From: Ktedonobacterales bacterium
GTDB lineage: Bacteria > Chloroflexota > Ktedonobacteria > Ktedonobacterales > JADMIN01
Assembly: GCA_030167145.1 (NCBI GenBank)
Contig: CP126532.1
Location: forward strand, 2,580,001-2,612,000
Direction: 5' to 3'
DNA: 32,000 nucleotides
The first letter of the stretch is position 1, and each line of letters opens with the position of its first letter. A program made the translations under genes and the position numbers. The notes under the pieces were generated by a model that searched no databases, was not told the origin of the DNA, and saw nothing but the letters and a program-made list of their open reading frames with translations. Positions 16,156 through 25,738 of this stretch are shown piece after piece.

Positions 16156-18621
16156 TCATCCCGCTGCTATCGGCACATATCGCACTTCCCCGCTCGGCTG
16201 TGTCTCCAGCAGAAAGAGCGCCCGTCCAGGGAATGCCTGTCGCAACTCGGCGAAATCGGCTGGCGTGCTGCCGAAGGCGTAGAGCAGATCGCCGCGCAGG
16301 GAGGGATCATTCAGCGCGAAGAGCGTGTAGCCGTAGAGTTGGTAGTTGCTCGTCACGATAATCGCGTGGTGGAAGGGTGGCGCGGTGATCTGCGCCAGAT
16401 TCACCCGCTGGCCCGCTGGGAGGCCCGTGTAGTGGTCATAGAGCGCGATTTGGCGCGGCAAGTAGTAGAACAGATTGCACGCTAGCAGCGCCCCAACGAT
16501 GATGACCGCCGCCACGCTCCACCGTGGTCCGGGCGCATGCTTCGCTGCTTCGCCTGTGGCATCCGCGCGCCGGGCGAACCACGCGCTCACATTGCGCCCC
16601 GTTGCAACGCCGGTCTGGCCCAGCGCCACGATGCCGCGCGCCGTCAGCGGCAGCAGGAAGGGCAGTGTCTCATAGAGGAAGCGCGGACCCAGGTAGATGC
16701 CGTGGTAGAAGAAGCCGATATACGCCCCGGTCATGAGGACCGCGCCCACCAGCAACAGCCAGTCCGCTGGGCGAGCGCGCCGCGTAAGGAACGGCACACA
16801 GAGCAGCGCCAGCGTCAGATAGAACGGCCAGCCGTAGAGGTCAATCGCCAGACTGGTGAGCAGTTCATCCAGCGTGACGAACCCCGCCGCGAGGGTGTGC
16901 TGGCCGTAGAAGCCCACGCCCATGCCGAAGCCGTAATGATCGGATGGATTGAAGAATAAGCGCGGAGTCACGAAAGGGTTGCCTGTGAGGGCGATATCGA
17001 AGGCTATCTGCGCGAGTATAGCGAGCAATACGACCCCAAGCGCCGCCAGCACGGGCACGAGCCAGCGCCAGCCATTATGCCACCAGCGCAGGTGTCGCCA
17101 GTGCAACAGCAGGATTCCAGGTATGACCACCCCCGCGAAGAGCAGCGGCACCTGTTCGCGGGTCAGCGCCGCCGCGCCGAAGAGCGCCACCGCCAGCGGC
17201 AGATGCCAGCCTGCCTCGCCCTGTGCGAACCGCACCAGCGCCCAGAAACCCCACGCCAGGAAGAACAGCGCGACGGTGTGGCTCATGTAGCTGGCCGCGA
17301 GATAGCTGTAGAAGGGTGAGAGCGTGCCAAGGATCACCGCCAGCGTCGCCGTGCGCCGGTCATACAGCCGCGCCACTGTCAGCCCGATGCCCAGCAGCGC
17401 CAGTGTGCCCAAGACTGGCTCGATCAGCCACGGTGCGCCCAGTTTCACGCCCAGCGCCAGCAGCAGCGATGTTCCGGGCACGTACTGCGGAAACCACTTG
17501 CCATCGTGCAGCGCCATGAATGGACCGGGGAAACGGTCGCTCGCGGGTGGAACCGGCAGCCATAGGTGGCCCGTGGCGTAGATCTTCGCGCCGAAGAGAT
17601 AGGCGCTGGCGTCGTAGATGTGTGGCAGGCCGGCGTATTCAACGCGCGCAATCCAGGCGACGAAGATCAGCGAACCCGCCAGCGCCGCCAGCGCCAGTGG
17701 ATGTAGCGCCGCCGTGAGCGAGCGCCAGCGCGCGGATGCCCACCGCGCCACCGGCGCCAGCCGGGTTGGCAGCGCAAGACGGCTCACCCACCCACGCAGC
17801 GCCTCGCCTGCCTTGTGGATGCGCTGCCAGGCGCGACAACGCGCCGCGCTGAGCGAGCCGGTATAGCCCGCGAGAGCGAACCATGTCAGCGCCAGCCAGC
17901 ATTCTATCGCCAGCGCCACCAGCACCAGCGCGACCCCCCAGAAGAGCGTCCGCACCAGGAAGTCGAGCACCATCGCCGCGAAGGGCGCGCTCTGCATTGG
18001 GAAGAACGTCCGGCTCGTGGTTGGTGCATCCGAGGAAGTCGAATCGAATCGTGTGACGATGATCGCGCGGTCGTTGCGGTCAATCAGCGCCATGTACGCG
18101 CCGCCGCTCGCCGTCGTCACGACCAACGTCACAGGCGTCTCTGGCCGCTGAAGCGCCAGTGTCACGCGCAGCGAAGTCGCCGCTGGCAGCGCCACATTTG
18201 CGCCATTGGGTGGCGCGGCTTCCGTGCGGATCTCGTGTCCCCCCGCCCACACATGCAGGTTGCCCCAACGGCTCAGGCCATCCAGGTCGCGCATCCACGA
18301 CTGAAAACGATAGTATGGCGTGTCTGAAATGCTGTGCAGGTACGCGAGATCGAGCGTGAAGTTGTTGGTGCTATCCGTGCCGTCGAGCTGATATTCGTGG
18401 ACCACTGGATCACGCGGAGCGAGCGTGAGCGCCACCGGCTGGCCGAGCGTGCCCAACACGACGCGCTGCCCGTCCACAGTGAGCGTTGTCACGTTGCTAT
18501 GGGCGTCCAGTTCCACGGGCAGCGTCACCCGGTAGCACAGCGCGTCCAACCCTGCCAGGAGCAGCGCCAGCACCAGCAGCGCCAGCGCCGCGCGCAGCGG
18601 AGGGAAGCGCCACGCCCGCAT
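16156..18621 (-). CDS. GT-C fold glycosyltransferase (ArnT/PMT, GT39/GT83-like) polytopic membrane protein
   Basis: At least 10 predicted TM helices. HIYDASAYLFGAKIYATGHLW resembles the first-loop acidic motif region of ArnT/PMT enzymes. An N-terminal ~230-aa non-membrane domain follows a signal-anchor. I prefer the ATG at 18621 (GGAGAGGGG 7 nt upstream) over the track start at 18645. Confidence 0.6.
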   Translation of the reverse strand: MRAWRFPPLRAALALLVLALLLAGLDALCYRVTLPVELDAHSNVTTLTVDGQRVVLGTLGQPVALTLAPRDPVVHEYQLDGTDSTNNFTLDLAYLHSISDTPYYRFQSWMRDLDGLSRWGNLHVWAGGHEIRTEAAPPNGANVALPAATSLRVTLALQRPETPVTLVVTTASGGAYMALIDRNDRAIIVTRFDSTSSDAPTTSRTFFPMQSAPFAAMVLDFLVRTLFWGVALVLVALAIECWLALTWFALAGYTGSLSAARCRAWQRIHKAGEALRGWVSRLALPTRLAPVARWASARWRSLTAALHPLALAALAGSLIFVAWIARVEYAGLPHIYDASAYLFGAKIYATGHLWLPVPPASDRFPGPFMALHDGKWFPQYVPGTSLLLALGVKLGAPWLIEPVLGTLALLGIGLTVARLYDRRTATLAVILGTLSPFYSYLAASYMSHTVALFFLAWGFWALVRFAQGEAGWHLPLAVALFGAAALTREQVPLLFAGVVIPGILLLHWRHLRWWHNGWRWLVPVLAALGVVLLAILAQIAFDIALTGNPFVTPRLFFNPSDHYGFGMGVGFYGQHTLAAGFVTLDELLTSLAIDLYGWPFYLTLALLCVPFLTRRARPADWLLLVGAVLMTGAYIGFFYHGIYLGPRFLYETLPFLLPLTARGIVALGQTGVATGRNVSAWFARRADATGEAAKHAPGPRWSVAAVIIVGALLACNLFYYLPRQIALYDHYTGLPAGQRVNLAQITAPPFHHAIIVTSNYQLYGYTLFALNDPSLRGDLLYAFGSTPADFAELRQAFPGRALFLLETQPSGEVRYVPIAAG

Positions 18622-18775
18622 GTACACGCCCCTCTCCGCGTCCACCGTCCTGGTCTGCCACGATGCACCCCCCCAGGTGCGCTGCCAGGCTCAGTTACAC
18701 TGTACTACGTCCAGGCAAGCGGAATGTTGTTGCGGGCGGTTCGCCTCGCGGCGGGTTTGGTCGAGTGTGGTGGGG

Positions 18776-19681
18776 CTATGCCAGGCGCTGCCCGTACGAG
18801 ACGTAGAACGGCAGCACGCCTTTACCACGGGGATCGGCAAACTCGCTCTGCGCCAGAGCATAGAGCCGGTCGTACTCCTCTGCGGACATGATATTCTGGC
18901 CGATCACCCCGGCGCGCAGCGCGCTGCCAACCGCCAGGCAATCGGTGGCCGACATGCGCCCCACATGCCCACCATGCGCCCCCATCGGGAAGCGCAGCAT
19001 GTGCCGCGAGGCGTGGCTCATCCCGCCCGCGCGCAGCATATCGGCGGTGGTGTGGCCGATGGTGAAGTCTACCCCGCGTTTCGCGCAGAACTGGATCCAG
19101 GTATTCCACAGGCCCGTATAGCCAGGGCCGCCGTCTTCGGGCACACCGCATTCGGCCAGTTCCACCCAGCCGCCAGGGCGCGTGACCCGCACGAGTTCCT
19201 GAACCACATACGGCCAGCGCTCCTTGGGGATGGCGGTGATCAGCAAACGCTGGTGGACGAAGTCGAAGCTGCGGTCGGCGAAGGGCAACCCTTCGAGGAT
19301 GTTGCCCGCTGTGAAGCTGTAGTTATCGGGTCGCCGTTCGAGGCCATTGCCCAGCAGTTGCGCGTCCGAGACGGCGGGCGGCACCAGATCCAGTCCGACG
19401 ACATTGGCGCTGGGGAAGATGCTGGCCACTTCCAGCGCCCAGCGGCTGGAGCCACAGCCGACATCCAGGATGCTGGTGGGGTTCTGGAGCGGTGCGGCGT
19501 AGTTGCCGCGCAGGCCGGTGCGCAAGAGATAATGCTGGAAGTCGAGGCGGTTGATCTCTGCCAGATCCTTGGGCAGCGGGTAGGGTAGCGCCGCGAGGTG
19601 GCGCCGCCCCCCAAAGACAAAGAAGCGCCTGTCGGAAACGCTGTCTGTCACAATACGTGGCCGCCTACGAAACAAAGGCAT
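18776..19681 (-). CDS. Class I SAM-dependent methyltransferase (301 aa)
   Basis: Motif I is ILDVGCGSSRWALEV, followed by VVGLDL, then FDFVHQRLL. ATG at 19681 is preceded by AGAGGAGAG. Confidence 0.8.
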   Translation of the reverse strand: MPLFRRRPRIVTDSVSDRRFFVFGGRRHLAALPYPLPKDLAEINRLDFQHYLLRTGLRGNYAAPLQNPTSILDVGCGSSRWALEVASIFPSANVVGLDLVPPAVSDAQLLGNGLERRPDNYSFTAGNILEGLPFADRSFDFVHQRLLITAIPKERWPYVVQELVRVTRPGGWVELAECGVPEDGGPGYTGLWNTWIQFCAKRGVDFTIGHTTADMLRAGGMSHASRHMLRFPMGAHGGHVGRMSATDCLAVGSALRAGVIGQNIMSAEEYDRLYALAQSEFADPRGKGVLPFYVSYGQRLA

Positions 19682-19839
19682 CTCTCTTCTCTCCTCTTGG
19701 TGACGTTATGGCTCGAACTCCGAGCGCATCCTGTGGTTGGGTATATGACGCTCATCCCCAGTGTTTATGCTTACTACGATAGCTTATCCGTCAAGCGGTG
19801 TGCCGCGCTTTCATAGAGATAGAGCGTAGCGCGCCATCA

Positions 19840-20070
19840 TCATGTGCGAAAAAATGGCAGCGGCGGTGCGCCCGGCAAAAACTCGTCCGGGTGGCGCGGC
19901 TCCGGCAGATGCAGCAGCACGATGGCGACGCCAGGCGTTGGTGTGCTCATGATTTCCACACGCCCGCCCGTCTGTTCGATGAGTGGCGTGGCCGCGCGCA
20001 CCCGCGCGAGGTTCTCTGGGCGCGTAAGCTGTGCCTGATAGGTGATCTTCCGCATACAGAGCGCATCCAT
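19840..20070 (-). CDS. Small hypothetical protein (about 76 aa; start uncertain)
   Basis: ORF with reasonable GC3 (MDALCMRKITYQAQLTRPENLARVRAATPLIEQTGGRVEIMSTPTPGVAIVLLHLPEP...). The track start at 20133 is a TTG. No good RBS precedes any in-frame ATG. No family recognised. Confidence 0.3.
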   Translation of the reverse strand: MDALCMRKITYQAQLTRPENLARVRAATPLIEQTGGRVEIMSTPTPGVAIVLLHLPEPRHPDEFLPGAPPLPFFRT

Positions 20071-20310
20071 TTCCTCTATGGCGCCGCGTATCCTGGGCGG
20101 CGGGTACAGCAGGGTTGATCCTTGATGCGGCAAGAGGGCTGACAGCCGTTGCCGGGGTATCTCGTGCCAAAGGGAGGGAATGAAGCGCCACGCCGAAAAA
20201 GATGCCCGTCACAGATATACACGACCCACGCGGAAGAATCAAGCACATTATGTTGTGTTGTTCCGTTTCTTTTCGGAATCCTTATGCGCGAGGCCATACC
20301 GGTGCGGCGA

Positions 20311-20886
20311 TCACCTGACTCCCGCATCCTGCCATTCGTCGCGCAGTAGGCCGAAGTAGTGTTCGTCCAGGAATCGCTCGCGGAAGAAGAACCGCTGGCG
20401 CAGCGTGCCCTCATGCGTAAAGCCGAGCGCGCGCAGCAGAGCCTTGGAGCGCTCGTTCACATCGTCCACCACCGCTTCGATGCGGTGCAGCCTCATCTCG
20501 TCGAACACGAACGTCAGCATTGCGGTGAGCGCTTCGCGCATGATTCCCTGCCGCCAGAATGCCCGCCGCAGCTCGTAGCCGCACTCGGCGCGGTGGAATC
20601 CTTCGTCGAAGAGATACACGCCGCAGGAGCCGATGACGCTGTCGTCGCCTTTCAGCGTGATGCCCCAGCGAATACCCTCGCGCCGCGCGTACCACTCCCC
20701 CAATTGCTCAATCAGCGCCCGCGACTCCGCAACGGACTGGTGCGGCAGATGCCCGTAGAATTCCATCACCACCTCATCGGAGAAGGTCGCGAAGAGCGCC
20801 TCCGCATCCTGCGGCTGAATCTGCCGCAGCGCCAGCCGTGGCGTTTCGAGACGCGGAAAGCTCGTGAACGCGCTGTCAATGCTCAT
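20311..20886 (-). CDS. GNAT family N-acetyltransferase (RimJ/RimL-like)
   Basis: FPRLETPRLALRQIQPQDAEALF...IGSCGVYLFD...HRAECGYELRRAFWRQGIMREAL...RIEAVVDDVNERSKALLRALGF is typical of COG1670 acetyltransferases. ATG at 20886 is preceded by GGAGGTG. Confidence 0.85.
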   Translation of the reverse strand: MSIDSAFTSFPRLETPRLALRQIQPQDAEALFATFSDEVVMEFYGHLPHQSVAESRALIEQLGEWYARREGIRWGITLKGDDSVIGSCGVYLFDEGFHRAECGYELRRAFWRQGIMREALTAMLTFVFDEMRLHRIEAVVDDVNERSKALLRALGFTHEGTLRQRFFFRERFLDEHYFGLLRDEWQDAGVR

Positions 20887-20927
20887 GCAACACCTCCATA
20901 CTCAGCCAACACGTCTGGCGCGGATGT

Positions 20928-21536
20928 TTATCGCTTGCCGCCCGCACTCCCCATTCCCAGCCGTCGTCTCAGGGCGGTGTCCAGCGGATAGACATGCTCA
21001 CGAGGCAGCAATGCGCGTACCCGCTCCGTATGCCCCTCGTGGCGCAGCGCGTAGAGCCGGTGTACCAGTGGTGTCATGTCGCGTATCTCGACCGTCCACT
21101 CGTTGACATACCGCTCGATGATCTGGCGGCCCAGCCCAACCTGAATGCTGCGCTGAGGGAGACTGGCCCCGGTAATCGTGCGCTCTGGATCCCACTGCAC
21201 CCGCACCGGCGCTGCTTCTAGCTGCCGTCGCCACCCGTCATGGTCGCCGTAGAGCGTAGGGTTTGGTGCCGTCAGTACAGCGGAGCCGAGCGCCTCTTCC
21301 CAGCCCGCCCGCGTGATGCGCACCGCCAGCACATACTCCTGCCCAGGCTTACGCGTCCAGCCACAGCGCTCCATCATCCACAGAAACGACGGCTTGATCC
21401 ACGTCATTCGGTTCAGCGAGAAGGGCGGCACGAAGCGGTTGTGCTGGATCGCCGCCAGCGCAATCTCCCGTCGGTACGCCTGATACACCGCAATGGTCTT
21501 CTCGTCGTAATCCGCGCGAATCTCGAATTCATCCAT
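20928..21536 (-). CDS. DUF4291 domain protein (202 aa)
   Basis: MDEFEIRADYDEKTIAVYQAYRREIALAAIQHNRFVPPFSLNRMTWIKPSFLWMMERCGW...VLAVRITRAGWEEAL matches my memory of DUF4291. ATG at 21536 is preceded by GGGGGGTGA. The 139 upstream codons of the track ORF are low-quality and overlap the divergent gene. Confidence 0.6.
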   Translation of the reverse strand: MDEFEIRADYDEKTIAVYQAYRREIALAAIQHNRFVPPFSLNRMTWIKPSFLWMMERCGWTRKPGQEYVLAVRITRAGWEEALGSAVLTAPNPTLYGDHDGWRRQLEAAPVRVQWDPERTITGASLPQRSIQVGLGRQIIERYVNEWTVEIRDMTPLVHRLYALRHEGHTERVRALLPREHVYPLDTALRRRLGMGSAGGKR

Positions 21537-21759
21537 CGCTGGTGTCACCCCCCACTCGCATACTATCGCATAGGTTGGCTGGCGAGGCGTCAGTTTTCCG
21601 CAGATGATGCAACTGACGCTTTCCCCTGTCGGTATCGGCGCTGCTTGACGTGCGGTATGTGTTTGCGTAGAGTATCGCCACATGCAAATTGGCCATGCAC
21701 TTGCTAGCTCTCGTGTGGTTCTGGTGGCTGGATGGCAGGCGTCCGAAAGGGGGCGCTCG

Positions 21760-23415
21760 ATGGGCAGTGAGGCAGATGTCATCATCGTCGGCGCTGGCCT
21801 GGCGGGCCTCGTGGCTGCGGCGGAGCTAGCCGATGCGGGCAAGCGTGTGATTCTGGTTGACCAGGAGCCGGAGCAATCGCTTGGCGGCCAAGCCTTCTGG
21901 TCTTTTGGCGGCCTGTTCCTGGTTGACTCGCCGGAACAGCGGCGTATGGGCATTCATGACTCCTACGAGTTGGCGCTCGAAGACTGGATGGGCACCGCCG
22001 GCTTCGACCGCGAGGAAGATGGCTGGCCGCGCCAATGGGCGCAGGCGTATGTAGCCTTCGCCGCTGGCGAGAAGCGCTCCTGGCTGCATGCCCAGGGGGT
22101 GCGCTTCTTCCCGGTGGTCGGCTGGGCCGAACGCGGTGGCTATGACGCCACCGGCCCCGGCAACTCGGTCCCGCGCTTTCACGTCACCTGGGGGACTGGC
22201 CCAGCCGTGGTCGCGCCCTTTGCCCGCCGTGTGCGTCGGGCGGTGAAGCGCGGCCTCATCACGTTGCGTTTCCGCCATCGCGTGAACGAATTGACGATTA
22301 CGTCCGGCGTCGTGGACGGTGTGCAGGGTGACATCCTCGAACCCAGCGCGGTTGCGCGCGGTGAGCCAAGCTCTCGCGTCATCATTGGCGAGTTCACGTT
22401 CAAGGCGCAGGCGGTGATCGTCACCTCCGGTGGCATCGGCGCGAATCATGAGCTTGTCCGCCAGAACTGGCCGGAGCGGCTGGGCAAGCCACCCACGCGC
22501 ATGCTCTCTGGTGTGCCCGACCACGTGGATGGGCGTATGCTGGCCATCACCGAGGCGGCTGGTGGACGCCTGATTAACCGCGACCGCATGTGGCACTACA
22601 CCGAGGGCATCCAGAACTGGAAGCCCATCTGGACTCGTCACGGCATCCGCATCCTTCCTGGCCCGTCGTCCCTCTGGCTGGATGCGCGCGGCAATCGCCT
22701 GCCCGTGCCGCTCTTCCCTGGCTTCGATACCCTGGGTACGCTCGCGCACATCATGCAGACTGGCTACGACTACACGTGGTTTGTGCTCACCCAACAGATC
22801 ATCAAGCGCGAGTTTGCCCTTTCGGGTTCAGAGCAGAACCCCGATTTGACCGGCAAGAGCATCCTGGGTACGCTGGGCCGTGTGTTTCGTGGTGTGCCCG
22901 CGCCGGTGGCGGCATTTATGAAGCATGGCGCGGACTTTGTGCTTGCGCGCGATGTGCCTACGCTGGTTCGTGGCATGAACGCGCTCACCGACGAGCCGCT
23001 GCTGGATGCGACGGCGGTAGAGCGCGAGATCGTCGCGCGGGACCGTCAGCTCGATAATCCCTTCGGCAAGGACATGCAGATCACCGCGATTCGCGGCGCG
23101 CGGGCCTACCGGGGCGATAAGCTGATACGGGTGGCCAAGCCCCACAAACTGCTCGATCCAAAGGCGGGTCCGCTGATCGCCGTTCGGCTCAATATCCTGA
23201 CCCGCAAGACGCTGGGCGGTCTGGAAACGGACCTTTCGGCGCGCGTGCTGGGCGCGGATGGGCAGCCGGTGCCCGGACTCTACGCGGCGGGCGAGGTTGC
23301 GGGCTTTGGTGGCGGTGGCATGCACGGCTATCGGGCGCTCGAAGGCACGTTCCTGGGCGGGTGCATCTTCTCTGGCCGCACTGCTGGTCGCGCTGCCGCT
23401 AAAGCCGTAATCTGA
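21760..23415 (+). CDS. FAD-binding dehydrogenase (COG3573-like predicted oxidoreductase)
   Basis: N-terminal Rossmann motif DVIIVGAGLAGLVAAAELADAGKRVILVDQE. C-terminal GLYAAGEVAGFGGGGMHGYRALEGTFLGGCIFSGRTAG is typical of the fumarate-reductase/KsdD-like flavoprotein fold. ATG at 21760 is preceded by AAAGGGGG. Confidence 0.75.
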   Translation: MGSEADVIIVGAGLAGLVAAAELADAGKRVILVDQEPEQSLGGQAFWSFGGLFLVDSPEQRRMGIHDSYELALEDWMGTAGFDREEDGWPRQWAQAYVAFAAGEKRSWLHAQGVRFFPVVGWAERGGYDATGPGNSVPRFHVTWGTGPAVVAPFARRVRRAVKRGLITLRFRHRVNELTITSGVVDGVQGDILEPSAVARGEPSSRVIIGEFTFKAQAVIVTSGGIGANHELVRQNWPERLGKPPTRMLSGVPDHVDGRMLAITEAAGGRLINRDRMWHYTEGIQNWKPIWTRHGIRILPGPSSLWLDARGNRLPVPLFPGFDTLGTLAHIMQTGYDYTWFVLTQQIIKREFALSGSEQNPDLTGKSILGTLGRVFRGVPAPVAAFMKHGADFVLARDVPTLVRGMNALTDEPLLDATAVEREIVARDRQLDNPFGKDMQITAIRGARAYRGDKLIRVAKPHKLLDPKAGPLIAVRLNILTRKTLGGLETDLSARVLGADGQPVPGLYAAGEVAGFGGGGMHGYRALEGTFLGGCIFSGRTAGRAAAKAVI

Positions 23416-23454
23416 GTGCGCTGGTTTGCCATTCGTGGTGGATATTTTTGCCCC

Positions 23455-23485
23455 TTGACCCTCCGGTTACCGGAGGGTCCATACT
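23455..23485 (+). promoter_or_regulatory. MerR-type promoter/operator: 19-bp spacer containing a perfect palindrome
   Basis: TTGACC at 23455-23460, a 19-nt spacer, then CATACT at 23480-23485. GACCCTCCGG-TTA-CCGGAGGGTC (23457-23479) is a perfect 10-bp inverted repeat filling the spacer. It lies 54 nt upstream of the MerR-family gene. Confidence 0.65.
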
Positions 23486-23538
23486 TTGTTCCATGACGGC
23501 AATCCGCATGTCATCGGTGCGCGGAAGGCGGCGAGACG

Positions 23539-24375
23539 ATGCTCAAAATCGGCGAATTTTCGCGACTGAGCCAGGTAACGGTCAAGACGCTGCACCACTA
23601 TGATGAGATTGGATTGCTCAAGCCGTCGCATACGGATCAGTTCACCAGCTATCGCTATTACACCCTCGACCAACTCCCCCGGCTGCACACCATCATGGCG
23701 CTCAAGGAGCTGGGGCTGTCGTTGGAGGAGATCGCCCAACTGTTGCGCGACGATCTCACCACCGAACAGGTGCGCGGCATGTACCTGCTGAAACGGGCCG
23801 AGCTTCAGCAGCGTGTGCGCGAGGAGCAGGCGCGGCTGGCACATATTGAATTCCGTCTGCGGCAGATAGAACTGGAAGGGAGCGTCGCCACCTTAGATAT
23901 CGTGGTCAAGCGGATTGAGCCGTTCTTCGCGCTGACGCTGCGGCGGACGTTTCAGTCGCGGCAGGAGCGCGAGGTGGTCGCCAGGGGCATCGAAGCGGCG
24001 ATCCAGCGAGGAGACATCGCGTGGACCGGCGGTGTGCCGACCGCCATGTTCTATGAGGATGAGTTTCGCGGGGAGTATCTGGATACGGAGATGGTGGTGC
24101 CAGTCGAGTCCACGCACCCCGCCGTGGTGTCGCTTGGGGACGCCGGAACGCTGACGCTGCGCGAAGTGCCTGCCATAGAGACGGCGGCGGTCTATCTGCA
24201 CCAGGGCGACTACGACTCGCTGAATGAGAAGTATCTGCTGCTCCAGCGGTGGACGGTGGAGAATGGCTATCACCTGAGCGGTGTCTGGTGCTTCCTGTAC
24301 CATCGCGGGCCGATGCACCGGGGCGACCCGGCGGACTATCTGACGGAGATTCAACATCAGTTAGACCCAGGGTGA
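23539..24375 (+). CDS. MerR family transcriptional regulator with C-terminal GyrI-like effector-binding domain
   Basis: MLKIGEFSRLSQVTVKTLHHYDEIGLLKPSHTDQFTSYRYYTLDQLPRLHTIMALKELGLSLEEI is a canonical MerR HTH with coiled-coil region. The ~150-aa C-terminal domain is of the BmrR/GyrI-like type. Confidence 0.85.
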   Translation: MLKIGEFSRLSQVTVKTLHHYDEIGLLKPSHTDQFTSYRYYTLDQLPRLHTIMALKELGLSLEEIAQLLRDDLTTEQVRGMYLLKRAELQQRVREEQARLAHIEFRLRQIELEGSVATLDIVVKRIEPFFALTLRRTFQSRQEREVVARGIEAAIQRGDIAWTGGVPTAMFYEDEFRGEYLDTEMVVPVESTHPAVVSLGDAGTLTLREVPAIETAAVYLHQGDYDSLNEKYLLLQRWTVENGYHLSGVWCFLYHRGPMHRGDPADYLTEIQHQLDPG

Positions 24376-24450
24376 CGCTGACGGAGAGCCGTTGGGCGAG
24401 CGTCCCTGGGCATGAGACGCCCGCAACCATGTGGGCAGTGGGAGAGGGTT

Positions 24451-24897
24451 ATGTCAGAGGCGAATAAGACGTTGGTGCGGCGGCACTTCGAGGAGATCTT
24501 CAACCGGCAGAACTACAGCGTGTGCGCTGAGATGATGGCTGACGACTATATGGAGCACGCTGTAGCGCCGTTTGGGCGCTCCGAACCGGGAAAGGTGTAC
24601 GGGCCGGAACATGCGCGCAACGCGGCAGAGTGGCTGCGCGCGCAGTTCCCTGATCTGCATATGACCGTCGAAATGGTGATTGCCGAGGGTGATTTGGTGT
24701 CGTGCCGGGTCTTTTCGGAGGGGACGAACCTGGGCATGTTGAACGGCTTCGTGCCGCCAACCGGCAAGCGCTTTGCCGCGTGGCAGTGTCACTGGTATCG
24801 TGTCGTAGACAATAAGCTGGCTGAGCATTGGGCGGTGCGCGAAGACCTGCCCACGATGCTCCAGTTGGGAATCATAGAAGCGCCAGGGCGGCCATAG
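24451..24897 (+). CDS. SnoaL-like ester cyclase family protein
   Basis: MSEANKTLVRRHFEEIFNRQNYSVCAEMMADDYMEH...AEGDLVSCRVFSEGT...GKRFAAWQCHWYRVVDNKLAEHWAVRED is the typical COG5485/SnoaL pattern. ATG at 24451. Confidence 0.65.
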   Translation: MSEANKTLVRRHFEEIFNRQNYSVCAEMMADDYMEHAVAPFGRSEPGKVYGPEHARNAAEWLRAQFPDLHMTVEMVIAEGDLVSCRVFSEGTNLGMLNGFVPPTGKRFAAWQCHWYRVVDNKLAEHWAVREDLPTMLQLGIIEAPGRP

Positions 24898-24982
24898 CCT
24901 GCGGCGCGAAAGCCCGCCCTTGCCCTTCCTCTGCGCTTCGCCCTATCGTTGAAGCGGAGTGTGGAGGAGGGAGGCGCCAGCT

Positions 24983-25738
24983 ATGCGCGCTCGCGACATC
25001 GTGCGCCAGGTGGCGCACCGCCCCTGGCCGCTGCCATCTGGCCCGTGGATCATGCGGCAGACGTGGAGCGAACTGCTCTTCGCGCACTGGCCCATGCCTG
25101 CCACCGACCTTGCGGCGCTGCTGCCAGCAGGCCTGACGGTGGATACCTACGAAGGGCAGGCGTGGCTCGGCGTCGTGCCATTTCGCATGAGCGGCGTGCG
25201 CCCGCGCGGCGTGCCAGCGATTCCCTGGCTTTCGGCCTTCCCTGAGCTGAACGTGCGCACCTATGTGACGGCGGGTGGCAAGCCGGGCGTGTGGTTCTTC
25301 AGCCTCGACGCCACCAATGCGCTCGCCGTCAGCGCCGCCCGCGCCACCTTTCACCTCCCGTACTTCACCGCCCGCATGCGCTGCGACTTCGATGGCGCGG
25401 CGGTGGAGTATGCCAGCCATCGGACACACCATGGCAGCGCGCCCGCCGACTTCCAGGCGGTGTACCGTCCCATCGGTTCAGCCTACACCGCGCAGGCTGG
25501 GAGCCTGGAACACTGGCTCGCCGAGCGCTACTGCCTGTATGCGCTGAGCCGCCGGGGCCATGTGTTGCGCGGTGAGATACACCATCCTCCCTGGCTGCTG
25601 CAACCCGCTGAGGCGGAGATCCGCTCGAATACGATGGCGCTGGCTGCTGGCCTCGCGCTCTCCGACATCCCACCACTGCTGCACTATGCCGCCCGCCAGG
25701 ATACGCTGGTCTGGCTGCCGTACCGCGTCAGCCGCTGA
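24983..25738 (+). CDS. DUF2071 (YqjF-like) family protein
   Basis: WPLPSGPWIMRQTWSELLFAHWP...GQAWLGVVPFRMSGVRPRG...FPELNVRTYV...PGVWFFSLDA matches DUF2071. ATG at 24983 is preceded by GGAGGAGGGAGG. Confidence 0.6.
   Translation: MRARDIVRQVAHRPWPLPSGPWIMRQTWSELLFAHWPMPATDLAALLPAGLTVDTYEGQAWLGVVPFRMSGVRPRGVPAIPWLSAFPELNVRTYVTAGGKPGVWFFSLDATNALAVSAARATFHLPYFTARMRCDFDGAAVEYASHRTHHGSAPADFQAVYRPIGSAYTAQAGSLEHWLAERYCLYALSRRGHVLRGEIHHPPWLLQPAEAEIRSNTMALAAGLALSDIPPLLHYAARQDTLVWLPYRVSR

Noticed and set aside
20928-21953. 341-aa version of the DUF4291 ORF
   Set aside because: The family-like sequence begins at MDEFEIRADYDEKTIAVYQ (ATG 21536, with an RBS). The preceding 139 codons are Ser/Arg/Pro/Thr-rich and overlap the start of the divergent FAD dehydrogenase gene.
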